A stretch of 64,000 nucleotides of DNA from Chanos chanos. Lineage: Eukaryota. Positions within the stretch are counted from its first letter, which is position 1. Each line of letters begins with the position of its first letter. Below, in pieces: positions 34,498 through 44,991 of this stretch. The notes below the pieces were generated by a model, which saw nothing but the letters and a program-made list of their open reading frames with translations, made no database searches and was not told the DNA's origin. The stretch lies in contig NC_044504.1 in NCBI RefSeq assembly GCF_902362185.1, positions 33,156,702 through 33,220,701 on the forward strand, in the 5' to 3' direction. The position numbers and the translations under genes were made by a program.

Positions 34498-34597
34498 TTC
34501 AACGGCCAATCGGCATATGCTGCGAACCCTGGCTCAGGTTGGGGGCGGAGCTTACGAATTTTTCGATACGAAGACGAAGCACACTTGGACAGGGAAG
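34498..34597 (+). CDS. parp4: PARP4 exon 24 (vWA)
   Basis: taatcag|SSTANRHMLRTLAQVGGGAYEFFDTKTKHTWTGK|gttagc. Aligns with human STANRHVLRILSQCGAGVFEYFNAKSKHSWRKQ. Confidence 0.9.
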
Positions 34598-34966
34598 GTT
34601 AGCTGTTATCTGGTTCATATTCATTAAAGCTATTAAATACGAGTGTTGTAAATTTGGTTCTTGTAGCCATTGTGACTGTTTTAGACTCTTAGCGCTGTAA
34701 AGCCAGTATATCCTGACTTGACAGGCTTTTAACAGATTTTGTGACAATAGTATGTAATGTGTTAATCATGATAAACAGATTTGTCACATATGCACAAAAG
34801 ATGGCTGACCCTTTTACAAAGAGCGTCAAACATATCATAACTCAACAGGCATTCAGAAAGCACACGCTGGGTGTGACAGCATTGTAGCATATCTATGATG
34901 GTTGTAAAGAATATTGGTAATGGTGGTAACAGCGGTACGTTAAACAAGTCTTCCTGTCTCTTACAG

Positions 34967-35137
34967 GTGTCCTCCCAAGTCCAGCGTATGGTATCTCCAG
35001 GCTGTAGCTCGGTTTGTGTGAAGTGGCAGCAGTTTAACCCCACAGCTCCGTCTCCTCTCCAGGCTCCTGCTCAGCTCCAGGCCCTCTTCAGTAACTGCCA
35101 CGCCTTAATTTACGGCTTTGTGCCCCACTGCACGCAG
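34967..35137 (+). CDS. parp4: PARP4 exon 25
   Basis: cttacag|VSSQVQRMVSPGCSSVCVKWQQFNPTAPSPLQAPAQLQALFSNCHALIYGFVPHCTQ|gtacac. Aligns with human IEDQMTRLCSPSCHSVSVKWQQLNPDVPEALQAPAQVPSLFLNDRLLVYGFIPHCTQ. Confidence 0.9.
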
Positions 35138-35253
35138 GTACACAGCATCGCTGGGTCGACAGAAATGCTTTATGAAGTCGCCGAGAGTTTGGGGGGGGTG
35201 GATAGAGGGCGAAGTTTCAGGGCTTGTCTGATGGTGGTGTTTCTGTCATTCAG

Positions 35254-35334
35254 GCGACGCTGCTTGGTAATCTCAGTGGACAGGAGATTAAGACTATGGT
35301 TTCAACCACGGAGCTGCAGAAGACCAGAGGCACG
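35254..35334 (+). CDS. parp4: PARP4 exon 26
   Basis: cattcag|ATLLGNLSGQEIKTMVSTTELQKTRGT|gtgaga. Aligns with human ATLCALIQEKEFRTMVSTTELQKTTGT. The frame differs from the overlapping listed ORF 34895-35338. Confidence 0.9.
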
Positions 35335-35554
35335 GTGAGAAATGTCAAACAACAACTTTTCATCTCAAATAGATCATTGTACCTGCATTCTCAGCACTGC
35401 TAACCAAATGTCTACTATATGTATCTATCTCTACCTATGTATCTCTAGATAGATAGATAGATATGTTCTACATATCCTGTAGTTCATGTTTCGTGTATGT
35501 TTGTGTAGTTTTGTATATATGCATAATTATATGTGTCTAATTTCTTATGTTTAG

Positions 35555-35635
35555 TTCCTTCACAAGCTCACCGCAAGAGCCATCATCAGAGACTATGAGG
35601 ATGGCAACCTGGATATCAGTGAGGCAGAGCATGAG
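35555..35635 (+). CDS. parp4: PARP4 exon 27
   Basis: tgtttag|FLHKLTARAIIRDYEDGNLDISEAEHE|gtagag. Aligns with human MIHKLAARALIRDYEDGILHENETSHE. Confidence 0.9.
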
Positions 35636-37085
35636 GTAGAGTTTGTGTGACCTGACTGTGGTAAATTACTGTGTGTATTCTGTGAGAGAAGAAAAGAAGA
35701 TTTTTATGTCCTCAATGGTTATGCAGAACACAACAGAAAACTACAAATCAACTTTCAGGCTGGATCATTTAGTTAAGAGCGTCAGTATGTGACAGTTTGG
35801 GTAAAAAGAAACCATGGAATGAATTTCATCAGTGGTGAGATGTGTATATACTGTATGTGTATATATATATAGACAAACTATATTTAACAACAGTGTAATA
35901 AACAGTGTGGTTAAGCATATGTTTGAATGACAAGGAATTCAAACATATATCACTTTCACACCTCTCTAGTGACAAATAGGTACGATAGTTTTTAAATGTA
36001 ATAATGGTTTGTGGTGGCTGTGAGACAGACATGAAGCATGCGCTTGTGTGTCCAGGGACTGGTTTGAAACCGCAGCTGGTGATATGGGTACAGAAATACT
36101 GGAGTGTACCCAGGAGCTATGGCATTTGTCATTTGTCATGTCATCCTCCCTCAGCACTGGAGATAGATTTCTTCGTTTTTAACGCGTGCCCTGTTACTGA
36201 TATTTTAATAGCCGGCTGAACTTATTTATCAAATATCAACGTCCACTCTAATGTAACCCAGAGATCACTGGTGTGTTCATCTTAATGCAAATTAATCAGT
36301 ATGTTTGTTGTAATCACATGTACATCAATTAGGCTACTTCACTTGCAAATGAGTAAATTAGAATATAGTGACTAAAGCTTTGATCACTGATATCTTACTC
36401 CAGTCAGGATTTTCTCCCACATCAAAGTACCTGCCGTTCAAGCAGCACACATCCAAAAAATCTAAATGTTATCAGTGAACATATGAACGTGGATTGTATT
36501 GAATTAATTTTGTTTGCATGAATTTGAAGTCATTCCTAGCCACTGCTACAACTAACCCCACCTGTGAGGTGTGCTGGAATGTCTGGTCTTCTGCTACTTT
36601 TGGTTTAATTGTGAATAAGTGATTCAGTGACTGAATAGTATTGTTGTCAGAGAGTGTTCTTTTACACACTCTAACAACAACTCTATTCAGTTATTGAATC
36701 AGTTATTCGCAGTTAAACCAAAAGTAGCAGAAGTAAGGATGTTGGTTTAAGTGAGTGATAAATTTTTCCCTACTTTCACACACATAAACAAATCAAAAGG
36801 GATGAAAGGGGGAATGAGTGATAGTGCGTTGAGCATTGAGTATGTCCCGTTTTCCTCCAGTTTGCTCTGCGATCATTTTCACAAGGATCAGATGGGTGGG
36901 GCTGCAGCATAGACCACAAAGTCATTTGGTCAGAGCCGGCATACAGCTCACTGTTAACACAAGAGAGGCCCAGTATAAAATGATATGTCCAGCAAAATTT
37001 CAGTGAAACTGAAAAAAAAGATGGTGCCTTACTGATGTCCTTCCATACTGTTTTTTTTGTTTGTTTGTTTGTTTTTCTTTGACAG

Positions 37086-37181
37086 GAGAAGAAAGCAGAG
37101 CTGAAGTCTTACATCATTCAACTCAGTAAAGAGTTCTCGGTCCTCTCCCAGTTCACCAGCTTTGTAGCCATCGAAGAGAGG
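37086..37181 (+). CDS. parp4: PARP4 exon 28
   Basis: ctttgacag|EKKAELKSYIIQLSKEFSVLSQFTSFVAIEER|gtatag. Aligns with human KKQTLKSLIIKLSKENSLITQFTSFVAVEKR. Confidence 0.9.
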
Positions 37182-37406
37182 GTATAGTCACTTAATTAAA
37201 AAAATAAAAAAAAGAAAATCTCAAACACAGTACAGCTGTGACTCAAAAGACAATGAGTACGTCCACTAATGTAAAGCATGATAAACACTGCCTTGAGTTT
37301 ATTTACTGTTCTGTTCTATTTAAATGGTATGAAGTGAGTGGTAATAAATAAACCAATGACCAGATGGCAAGAAATATTTATCTTGTCCTGTGTGGCTTTC
37401 TCCCAG

Positions 37407-37523
37407 GACCAAAAGCAACAAGATTCTGGATTCACAGACATTCCGAAACTGATTGCCAAGGAGGATGTTGATTTTCTGCCTTACATGGACTGGCAGGAAG
37501 AGAGCTTTGAGGAATTGTTTGAA
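37407..37523 (+). CDS. parp4: PARP4 exon 29
   Basis: tctcccag|DQKQQDSGFTDIPKLIAKEDVDFLPYMDWQEESFEELFE|gtaaga. Aligns with human DENESPFPDIPKVSELIAKEDVDFLPYMSWQGE. Confidence 0.9.
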
Positions 37524-37601
37524 GTAAGAACATGCCCAAGCATCTCAGATACCACATTAGACTACACTTTACTGATTTTTCTGTTTGTTTGTTTTTTTAA
37601 G

Positions 37602-37664
37602 TTCGGCCTTGGTGATACGATTTCATTGTCCTGGTCTGATCATCTAGCTATTGATGGCTTAGAG
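37602..37664 (+). CDS. parp4: PARP4 exon 30 (less conserved linker)
   Basis: ttttttaag|FGLGDTISLSWSDHLAIDGLE|gtaggt. Weak similarity to human EDGLGVLPAF..LLDLSWTES. Phase 0/0, short introns. Confidence 0.5.
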
Positions 37665-37756
37665 GTAGGTGATGAATTTGAAAAAGGGCAAATAGCCAAA
37701 CAACTCGTGTGACATCATAACTTCCCATTTTCTGTTTTTTTTTTTTTTCTTTGAAG

Positions 37757-37840
37757 TTGGAAGAAGATGAAGACTTTTCAATGCCTCTTTCCTTTCTTGA
37801 AATGCATGAGTCATCTGATGGGGATTTTGGTGAGCCTATG
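37757..37840 (+). CDS. parp4: PARP4 exon 31 (less conserved linker)
   Basis: ctttgaag|LEEDEDFSMPLSFLEMHESSDGDFGEPM|gtgagt. Phase 0/0. Confidence 0.5.
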
Positions 37841-37929
37841 GTGAGTGAGAAACCTTCAGTAGGGAGACGTCAGAACATCTTCAATACCATCAGTCCTTCA
37901 CATCTTCTTGTTGGGTTCTTTCTCCCCAG

Positions 37930-39077
37930 GCTGTCCAGGATATTATTCAGGGGGGTCCTCTCAGTGAAGATGAAATTATAGGAGCTTGTGCCTTATCAAT
38001 GCCCCTTTCCCGTACTGTTCCTGGTCCTCCTCCACGTCCGCCCGCTTCTTCCATGCCCTCTCCTCGTACTGGTAGTGGTTTTGTGCCTCTTCCTCCTCCT
38101 CCTCCTCCACCTCCTCTTCATCCTACTTTGATATGTGATTCTCTTTCTTCACCTCCTCCTTTCATGTTTGGTTCTCTTCCTCCTCCTCATCTGACATCTT
38201 ATGCTTCTTCCCTTGGTTCTCAGTCTTCCTGCTCTTTAGATTATGAGCCTCCTGCTTTTTTGCCCATAAAAGGTCTCCCTCCTGTCAGAGGTTCTGCTTC
38301 TCCTCCTCTGCCTTCCAGGCGCTTGTCTGCTCTTTCTTCCGATTTGGGTTACGCTTCTCCTTCTCTGCCTTCCAGGCGCTTGTCTGCTCTTTCTTCTGGT
38401 TTTGCTTCTGCTCCTCCTCCTCTGCCTCTCATGGGCTTGTGTGCTCCTCCTCCTACTCCTCCTCCCATGTGCTTGTCTGCTCCTTCTTCCGGTTTTGCTT
38501 CTGCTCCTCCTCCTCTGCCTCCCATGCGCTTGTCTGCTCCTCCTCCTCCTCCCGTGCGCTTGTCTGCTCCTTCTTTTGCTTTTGGTTCTGCTCCTCCTCC
38601 TCTGCCTCCCATGCACTTGTCTGCTCCTCCTCCTCCTCCTCCTCCTCCCATGCGCTTGTCTGCTCCTTCTTCCGGTTTTGCTTCTGCTCTTCCTCCTCTG
38701 CCTCCCATGCATTTGTCTGCTCCTTCTCCTCCTCCTCCTCCCATGCACTTGTCTGCTCCTTCTTACAGTTTTGCTTCTGCTCCCCCTCCTCTGCCTCCCA
38801 AACGCTTGTCTGCTCCTTCTTTCAGTTTCGGTTCTGCTCCTCATCATCACCTTTTTGGTTCAATAAAAGGCAAAGTATCAAGAGCTCGTAAACCTCGCTC
38901 TGAACGTGAGGACATTCAGACTATTCACAACAAAGCTCAGTGTTTATCAGTAAATTCTGAAGAATTCGACCGTGGTTTAATAAAAAGTGACCGTGACCGT
39001 GACCGCCACCGTGCAGACATGGTTGTACCCATGGATCTATCCAGGAGAAAAGCAGGCGTAGTAACCATCGGCGCAAG
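37930..39077 (+). CDS. parp4: PARP4 exon 32: 1,148-nt exon encoding a proline/serine-rich repetitive C-terminal region (MVP-interaction region equivalent)
   Basis: ctccccag|AVQDIIQGGPLSEDEIIGACALSMPLSRTVPGPPPRPPASS...then about 9 tandem units of ~19 aa such as (LSAPSSGFASAPPPLPPMR)...SERED IQTIHNKAQ...KAGVVTIGAR|gtttgg. The donor gives phase 2, which is required by the conserved downstream exons. Confidence 0.65.
38290..38850 (+). repeat. Intragenic coding tandem repeat (about 57-nt period, CT/CCT-rich) inside PARP4 exon 32
   Basis: Reiterated ...ctgcctcccatgcgcttgtctgctccttcttccggttttgcttctgctcctcctcct... units encode LSAPSSGFASAPPPLPPMRL variants. Low-complexity antisense ORFs are produced on the minus strand. 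Confidence 0.8.
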
Positions 39078-39164
39078 GTTTGGGAGGTTTTTTTTAAAAA
39101 TTGCACTTTTTTGGATTACGTGTGTGCTCTCAGGTGTTTAAATAGTTCTCATGCTGCTGTTTCA

Positions 39165-39249
39165 GTTATCCTCAGATTTCTGAGCAAAAAGGTTTCAGAC
39201 GTCCCACTCAGCAGATGGAGGTGGGGAAGCTTTTTGACCTCCAACACCA
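39165..39249 (+). CDS. parp4: PARP4 exon 33
   Basis: ctgtttcag|SYPQISEQKGFRRPTQQMEVGKLFDLQHQ|gtaaat. The tail KLFDLQHQ aligns with human ELLSLQTE just before the DGFWKL motif. Confidence 0.65.
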
Positions 39250-39351
39250 GGTAAATATATGCATTACCTGTATATTGTCCTCAAGTATATCAGTGATACT
39301 TTTGTCTTTAATTGGTTGTGAATCATTCTGACAATAAACTCTCTGTTGCAG

Positions 39352-39454
39352 GATGGATATTGGGAATGTACCGGACAACTGAGAGGATTTCTTGGCCTGG
39401 ATATTGAACTCTTTGCTAATGTTTTCCTGAAGGAGAGAGGCATCTGTTCATTGG
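39352..39454 (+). CDS. parp4: PARP4 exon 34
   Basis: tgttgcag|DGYWECTGQLRGFLGLDIELFANVFLKERGICSLG|gtataa. Aligns with human DGFWKLTPELGLILNLNTNGLHSFLKQKGIQSLG. Confidence 0.85.
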
Positions 39455-39763
39455 GTATAATCCATTTCAGGAGTAATTCGTAGACTCAGTTCATGAGTGA
39501 TGGGTCTGACAGAAGACAAGCTTTTCAAAGCTGTGTTCAGTACACATGGCTATCACAGTCATTTATACCACATTTGTATACCACATTATTCCTGCCACTA
39601 TTTTTTACAGTCTGAGATTAACAGTTCAGGAGTAGACTAGTGCAAGTAGGATATTATATGACAGCGTTTGTTGTAAAGTTTCTCTCAGGTCAGGGTATTG
39701 GGTAATTTGGTAGTTGCTTCTCTGAGACTATTTTTTTTTTTTTTTTCTGTTTTGTTTATTCAG

Positions 39764-39896
39764 GTCTAAAGGCCCATGCTGACATTCTGAGGCTACTGGC
39801 CACTTTGCTGGTCCTGCAGCTGCTGAGGGTAATGGAAGTGCCTGAAGGAAAGCTTCTCCAATCCCTCTTCCGCCTGAAGGAACTCCCCCAGGCCAA
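39764..39896 (+). CDS. parp4: PARP4 exon 35
   Basis: ttattcag|GLKAHADILRLLATLLVLQLLRVMEVPEGKLLQSLFRLKELPQA|gtaagc. Aligns with human GVKGRECLLDLIATMLVLQFIRTRLEKEGIVFKSLMKMDDAS. Confidence 0.8.
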
Positions 39897-39977
39897 GTAA
39901 GCTTGCCTGTTCAGCTCTGTTCTTGGCAGATCCATCCCCGCACAACCCCCTTGACATGTTTGTGATTTTGCTCTTAG

Positions 39978-40182
39978 GTCATCAGTGCGTTGGGAGGCTA
40001 TGAAGAGAGCTGTGAAATGGGCGTGTTGGGCAGACAGACAGTACCCCTGTGTCTGTAGTAGGCTGGAATTTGGCGTGGACTGGGAGTCTTCCACTCGCCA
40101 GCTCCTGGGCTTCGATGCACTGCCTTCTGTCTCTCCGCTCATTCCCGTTTTGAAGAGGACCGAAGAATTACTGGTCGCGTAA
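39978..40182 (+). CDS. parp4: PARP4 exon 36 (terminal; stop TAA 40180-40182)
   Basis: ctcttag|KSSVRWEAMKRAVKWACWADRQYPCVCSRLEFGVDWESSTRQLLGFDALPSVSPLIPVLKRTEELLVA*. Aligns with the human C-terminus RNIPWAFEAIKQASEWVRRTEGQYPSICPRLELGNDWDSATKQLLGLQPISTVSPLHRVLHYSQG*. Summed CDS is 5,496 nt (1,831 aa), in frame throughout. Confidence 0.9.
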
Positions 40183-41096
40183 GACGGGCAACGTGATAGC
40201 CGTTTCGCGTCTTGTTTTCTTTGTCCCAACCCATTCACTATAAACCACTGCTTGCACTGCGACGCCTTTCTGCCAACACAGAAAGAACGGGAGCACTCAC
40301 GTAGTGTCGCTTTTCTCCGCAAACTTCAGTACCACTAGTAATAGCCAGCTTTGTAAAATATACAAAAAGATGAACAAGGCAAAAAAAAAACAGCGGCTAA
40401 ACAAAATTTTGATTTACATCTATGCTTAGCCATGCTAATCATATAGTTAAAAATAAATAATACACTGATTTTAAATCTCTCCTTTTTTTTGGCATCTTTT
40501 TAAATTTTGAGTAGACTTGAGTAGAATCGTTTGCGCCTTGTAGGGTAAAGGAATACATGGCGGTTTCTTTCAGTGGGTTCTTATATACCCTAAATATTTT
40601 CTCAGCGGTTTTCTGCTTTTACGTAGTATAAGTAATTTTCTCTAGAATACCTTCTCTAGAAGTAATCAATCATTATGTATTTGAATCGGGGTTTTAAGTA
40701 ACAAAGGAAAAGGGATGCCACCACCGCGGGTTATTTTTAGTGTCTTTGCGGTAGAACTTAATTGATGCAGATGTACACAAACAGGAGCAAAATCGTGTGT
40801 ATCCATGTGCCTACAGGCCTAGCCACAGTTCTTACCCTGGAATGTACTCGCTCATCATAGCACTTGGTGGAGAACAGGACAGTGGCGGAAACCTCAAAGT
40901 GCCACGGAGGATGGCATTGGAAAGTCAGTTAGCTACCGGTACTACCAACACATCAGTGGCCTTCTTTAGAAGTAATGTTTACCTTTGGTGGCGAGCAAAA
41001 CGATTGACCTACTTTGTGTTCCACGGGATAGGGAAAGAAGTGCCTTCAAGAAGAGTTGCAATCAAATCTCAGGCAGGTTGTGTTTTGGTCGTGTTT

Positions 41097-41150
41097 TGTA
41101 GTTGTTTTTTTGTTTGTTTGTTTTTTGTTTTGTTTTGTTTTTTGTTTCGT
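41097..41150. repeat. (GTTTT)n/(GTTTTTT)n pentanucleotide-type microsatellite
   Basis: gtttttttgtttgtttgttttttgttttgttttgttttttgtttcgttt. Confidence 0.85.
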
Positions 41151-43195
41151 TTGGCACTTTTGAAAAGTTACGTACATTAAAAGCCTGATACTTTTAAGAT
41201 TTTGACTCAAGTTTTGTGTGTGTGTGTGTGTGTGTGTGTTTTTTCAAGATTTAAAATTATGCAATATTTTCTGTATTTGATTTGTAGCAGTTACTGAGTT
41301 GGCCTTAAAGACATTCGTGTTTGTTGAATTTCAGTATTCTGATACAGCTGTCCCAGCAAGCATACTTTATACTGTTTTTATAAAGATTTGATAAGGCCAT
41401 TTTACATCATACCACAATCACAAGCCTCACTTGTTTAATACCTGAAAGATGACAGTATCTATTGGAACAAAAATCAAGCTTTAGGTCTTACTATTCTTCT
41501 TCTTAAAATAATGTGTTTATAGAAAAAAAAAAGTATGATTTCATGATATCAAAAAGATGAAACAACAACATGACTGAAACAGCAGAAACTAAATTCATAC
41601 AACATAGTAAATGATGTAAAATCATGTGCATCATACAAATGCATACAGATTAAAACAGGAAGATTTTATCAATATAATCCTTGCCCTTAGACTTCATACA
41701 AATTTTTGCTCTCAGGGCAGTAGCATACTCCGTCATGTAACATTTTTCACACCTCACCATATGACTCTGATGGTTGTGGTATACCGTCTCCCCACGAGAT
41801 GCGGTCTTTGGAGTTGCGAGAATTTGACTACACAAGGAATTTCAAGCAATACTCCTACTTTGGCTTACGAGGCTTTTTCAGACCTAAGTGGACCAGTTGC
41901 CCTCCAAGAGTTGAATAACACACGCACACACACACATATATATATAACTTCTATATGTCATGACATCTATAACATCTATATATCAACCATTTAATGAGTA
42001 CACAGCGAAACAAGGCTCAAAAGCACAGTGTGGGGTTCCACAGAACTTCTCGTTGTCTGAGGTTGTGGTTCTGGTTGCTCCAAAATGCCAACAATTAATG
42101 GAGGAGGACACGAGATGTAACCAAACCCATGCTTGTGAACACCATCCCTGCAGGAACAGAAGAAATCATTTGAAAGATACACTTGAGAACGTATAGGGTT
42201 ATACGAGGAGCATCTGTAGTTGTACACACCACAGTTAGCAGTGGATCGATTCAAGCTTCGTGCTTTGGGAGCACAGACGTTCAAGCGGAGAGCTGTGTCT
42301 CCCACTCAAGTTTTCTGGGGGCCATTGGGTAAATTGTTTCACTTGTCTTGAGGTCATAATAGCATTGTAGGCCATTTTCGGTGTTTGAAAAACAATTGGG
42401 ATAACTAATCCGATAGGATCTGTGGGTGTGCGTCTTTGCATGAAACTTTAAGTAGGTGTGACTTTAAACAGGCATCAAAATCCACATACCAAACCATAAA
42501 AAACTCTCAGAGTCACACACATGGACTTTAATCATTTAATTATTTTTGTCCAAGGTTTGTTTTGAGGTAGTGGTGCTAATGGTACCTTTGAAAGCCAACG
42601 CTTTTGAAAAGGTTGGGATAAAAAGGTTACTAGATAGAGCAAATGTATCATTATTTTATGTATATTTCAGTTGAGCCCATTCGTTTTTAGCACACACCTC
42701 CTAAAGACAATATTGACTTAAGGGGCAGTTACAACACTCACTCCTCTAACTTGAGGCCAGAGGCTTAAGCAAGGACATGGCATACAGGCAAGGAAGAGGT
42801 GTGGATCGACAGGAGAATGCAGTGTCCCACCATGCAGCCTGTTGAGTCATTGTTCACGGACGCCGATCAGAAGAACAGATCACTCCACGTGAATCGTTGC
42901 ATCATTATCATCAAGGCTTAGAGAGGATTCTCACTATGGCCTCATTTGGTCAAATCATCTTCTGGGGGTGGAGTATCCTAGACGTTGTTTTCCGTAATAA
43001 CATCCAATAGAACATTTCAAATGTATATTTGCAGACGGACGTTTTATCCTGCTGCGATACGATGTTGACCGCAACGTGTTGTTGATTTAAGTGTGAAAGG
43101 ATACAAATTATATTTTTTTATTAGTTACATATTATGTTCTTTGGGCTACTTGTTTTTTTTTTTTCTCATAAATTGTTTTGTCTGTCTGTTGCAGC

Positions 43196-43259
43196 ATGAT
43201 CGTCCTCATATTTATAATAAGTGGACTCATCATTCTCATTTTGGCTTTGGCATTTTCAG
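43196..43259 (+). CDS. vtcn1: VTCN1 (B7-H4)-like exon 1: start codon plus signal peptide, phase-1 donor
   Basis: ttgcagcATG: MIVLIFIISGLIILILALAFS(G)|gtaggt. Resembles the human B7-H4 leader ...IISIIIILAGAIALIIGFGISG. An acceptor immediately 5' of the ATG implies an upstream non-coding exon. Confidence 0.7.
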
Positions 43260-43424
43260 GTAGGTTTGTTCAAAACCGTCAGTGTGTCAGTATGTGTTAA
43301 ACCATTATGATGTTCAGGTTCCTGTGCTTTCCCATGTTAATATGAGCATCTTCAGTCCTCTTTTTTTGTGTAAAATAGATAAACAGAGCTGTTTGCATGT
43401 CCGTCCTGTCCATGTGATTCCCAG

Positions 43425-43787
43425 TTTCAAACGGTTTTGTGGAAAGCAGTGACCTCTTTCCTGTGGGGAATCTGGGGCAGGATGTAATCCTGCACTGCAG
43501 GTTCAATCCCAGCAGTGGGACCGGGGTGAAAATGAATGATGTGTCAATCACCTGGGAGAAAAAGGGACTCAGCGGAGTGGTGTACCAGTACAAGAATGGA
43601 GCAGCACAATTAAAAGACCAAAACCCACTATTCACAGAGAGGACTCAGCTTTTTACAGATTTCATCACGCTGGGCAATGCCTCCCTGCTGCTGAGGAGCG
43701 TAAGGATGGAGGATGCCGGCGTTTACCAGTGTAGCGTTAGTGCTCCTGCAAGCCGAGGGACTATCAGTGTACATCTCAGAGTGGCTG
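43425..43787 (+). CDS. vtcn1: VTCN1 (B7-H4)-like exon 2: IgV domain (363 nt, phase 1/1)
   Basis: tcccag|VSNGFVESSDLFPVGNLGQDVILHCRFNPSSGTGVKMNDVSITWEKKGLSGVVYQYKNGAAQLKDQNPLFTERTQLFTDFITLGNASLLLRSVRMEDAGVYQCSVSAPASRGTISVHLRVAG|gtatga. Aligns with human B7-H4 GEDGILSCTFEPDIKLSDIVIQWLKEGVLGLVHEFKEGKDELSEQDEMFRGRTAVFADQVIVGNASLRLKNVQLTDAGTYKCYI. Confidence 0.85.
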
Positions 43788-43884
43788 GTATGACATCCTA
43801 TCCTCTGGGGGAGGAAGGAAGGGGGGGGGGGTGCAAAATTGTGTATGTTTGTGTACATTGTGTGTGGGTGTGTGAGTGTGAGTA

Positions 43885-43929
<45 letters not shown>

Positions 43930-44329
43930 TGGGGGAAAAAGAGAATTCACATTAATAAAGTGAGATGTCATTAAAAGGTAGAGAAAAAAAAAGACTTAGT
44001 CGCGCTCGTAAGTCATAAATCAAAAACACTCCGAACTGTAGCTATTAATAGAACGGTATTTCAACAAGGTTTAAATGCTGAGAGACTTCCTGTAACTAGT
44101 TGCTTTTATGTTTAGACCCATTAACAAAGGCCCTTAAGATCATACAAATATTTAAATATTGGGCATTATTCTGCAGGGAAGACCCATTTGTCCATGTGTT
44201 TGGTTCTGTCAAAGAAATCCAGGCCATGATTTGAACTGTATCACATATTCTATGATTTTAGGATCTTAGGATTTCTTCCTGATAATCAGAAAGCATAAAA
44301 TGTATGTCACAAATGTAATGTCTTTCCAG

Positions 44330-44584
44330 CTTTCTCAGCTCCTACATTCACCATCTCAAACACAAGTCTGACTGCTGAAGCACAGAGATGGCTCCCCAAA
44401 CCAGATGTGAGCTGGTCGGACTATGCAGGGAATCCCTTAAACGCGAGCACTCATTTTTACAACAATTCTGCTGGGATACTACGAATAGTGAGCACCCTTC
44501 AAGACCCAGTGAGAATGGATGACACATATACCTGTGTTATCCAGAACATTCTAGTGAAAGCTGTCTCCCAGGCAACACTGACAG
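44330..44584 (+). CDS. vtcn1: VTCN1 (B7-H4)-like exon 3: IgC domain (255 nt, phase 1/1)
   Basis: ctttccag|AFSAPTFTISNTSLTAEAQRWLPKPDVSWSDYAGNPLNASTHFYNNSAGILRIVSTLQDPVRMDDTYTCVIQNILVKAVSQATLT|gtaaac. Aligns with human GAFSMPEVNVDYNASSETLRCEAPRWFPQPTVVWASQVD...NNTYSCMIEN. Confidence 0.85.
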
Positions 44585-44875
44585 GTAAACAACGCACTTC
44601 TCTATGTATAAGAGTACACAAATATGATAAGATGCCTGGGAAAACAGCACGCTCCCACTTCAAAAACATTGCACATACAACGATACCAACTCGTAACAAG
44701 GGCAGGCGTGTCAAGAATTTAAAATGATCTCACAGCATAGCAGTTGATGAAGCGGTGTGTTTCAAAGGAGTTATGTTTCAGGAATTATAAGCGTAGTGAA
44801 GTTACCATTACCATGAAAAGATAAATCACATAAGAGTTCATTATTTCTCCATGTCTTTTTTTTTTTAATGTCCAG

Positions 44876-44991
44876 ATCAACAGATGCAAGAGAAGACATA
44901 TTTCACATTTAACATAGCTTCACCAAAACTGATGCCATCATGTTTGACCCTCTTTGCTGCCTTCTGCCTCTTTTCATCCAAGACGACATGA
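44876..44991 (+). CDS. vtcn1: VTCN1 (B7-H4)-like terminal exon: short stalk plus hydrophobic tail (stop TGA 44989-44991)
   Basis: aatgtccag|DQQMQEKTYFTFNIASPKLMPSCLTLFAAFCLFSSKTT*. Phase-1 compatible. A short hydrophobic C-terminus like the B7-H4 GPI/TM-type tail. Total 265 aa. Confidence 0.5.

Noticed and set aside
34895-35338. 147-aa ORF 34895-35338
   Set aside because: Its middle is PARP4 exon 25 in the correct frame, but it runs through the intron and reads exon 26 in the wrong frame. It was replaced by the spliced model.
38236-38891. Long ORFs on both strands over the PARP4 repeat exon (minus 38236-38850 Arg-rich 204 aa; minus 38349-38744 Gly-rich; plus 38402-38866 Leu-rich; plus 38439-38891 Ser-rich)
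   Set aside because: These are low-complexity translations of the CT/CCT-rich tandem repeat in alternative frames or antisense. The in-frame Pro-rich reading is supported by upstream and downstream PARP4 homology.
39756-40322. 188-aa minus-strand ORF
   Set aside because: Antisense to the PARP4 terminal exon and 3'UTR, with no recognisable domain. The plus-strand frame matches the human PARP4 C-terminus.
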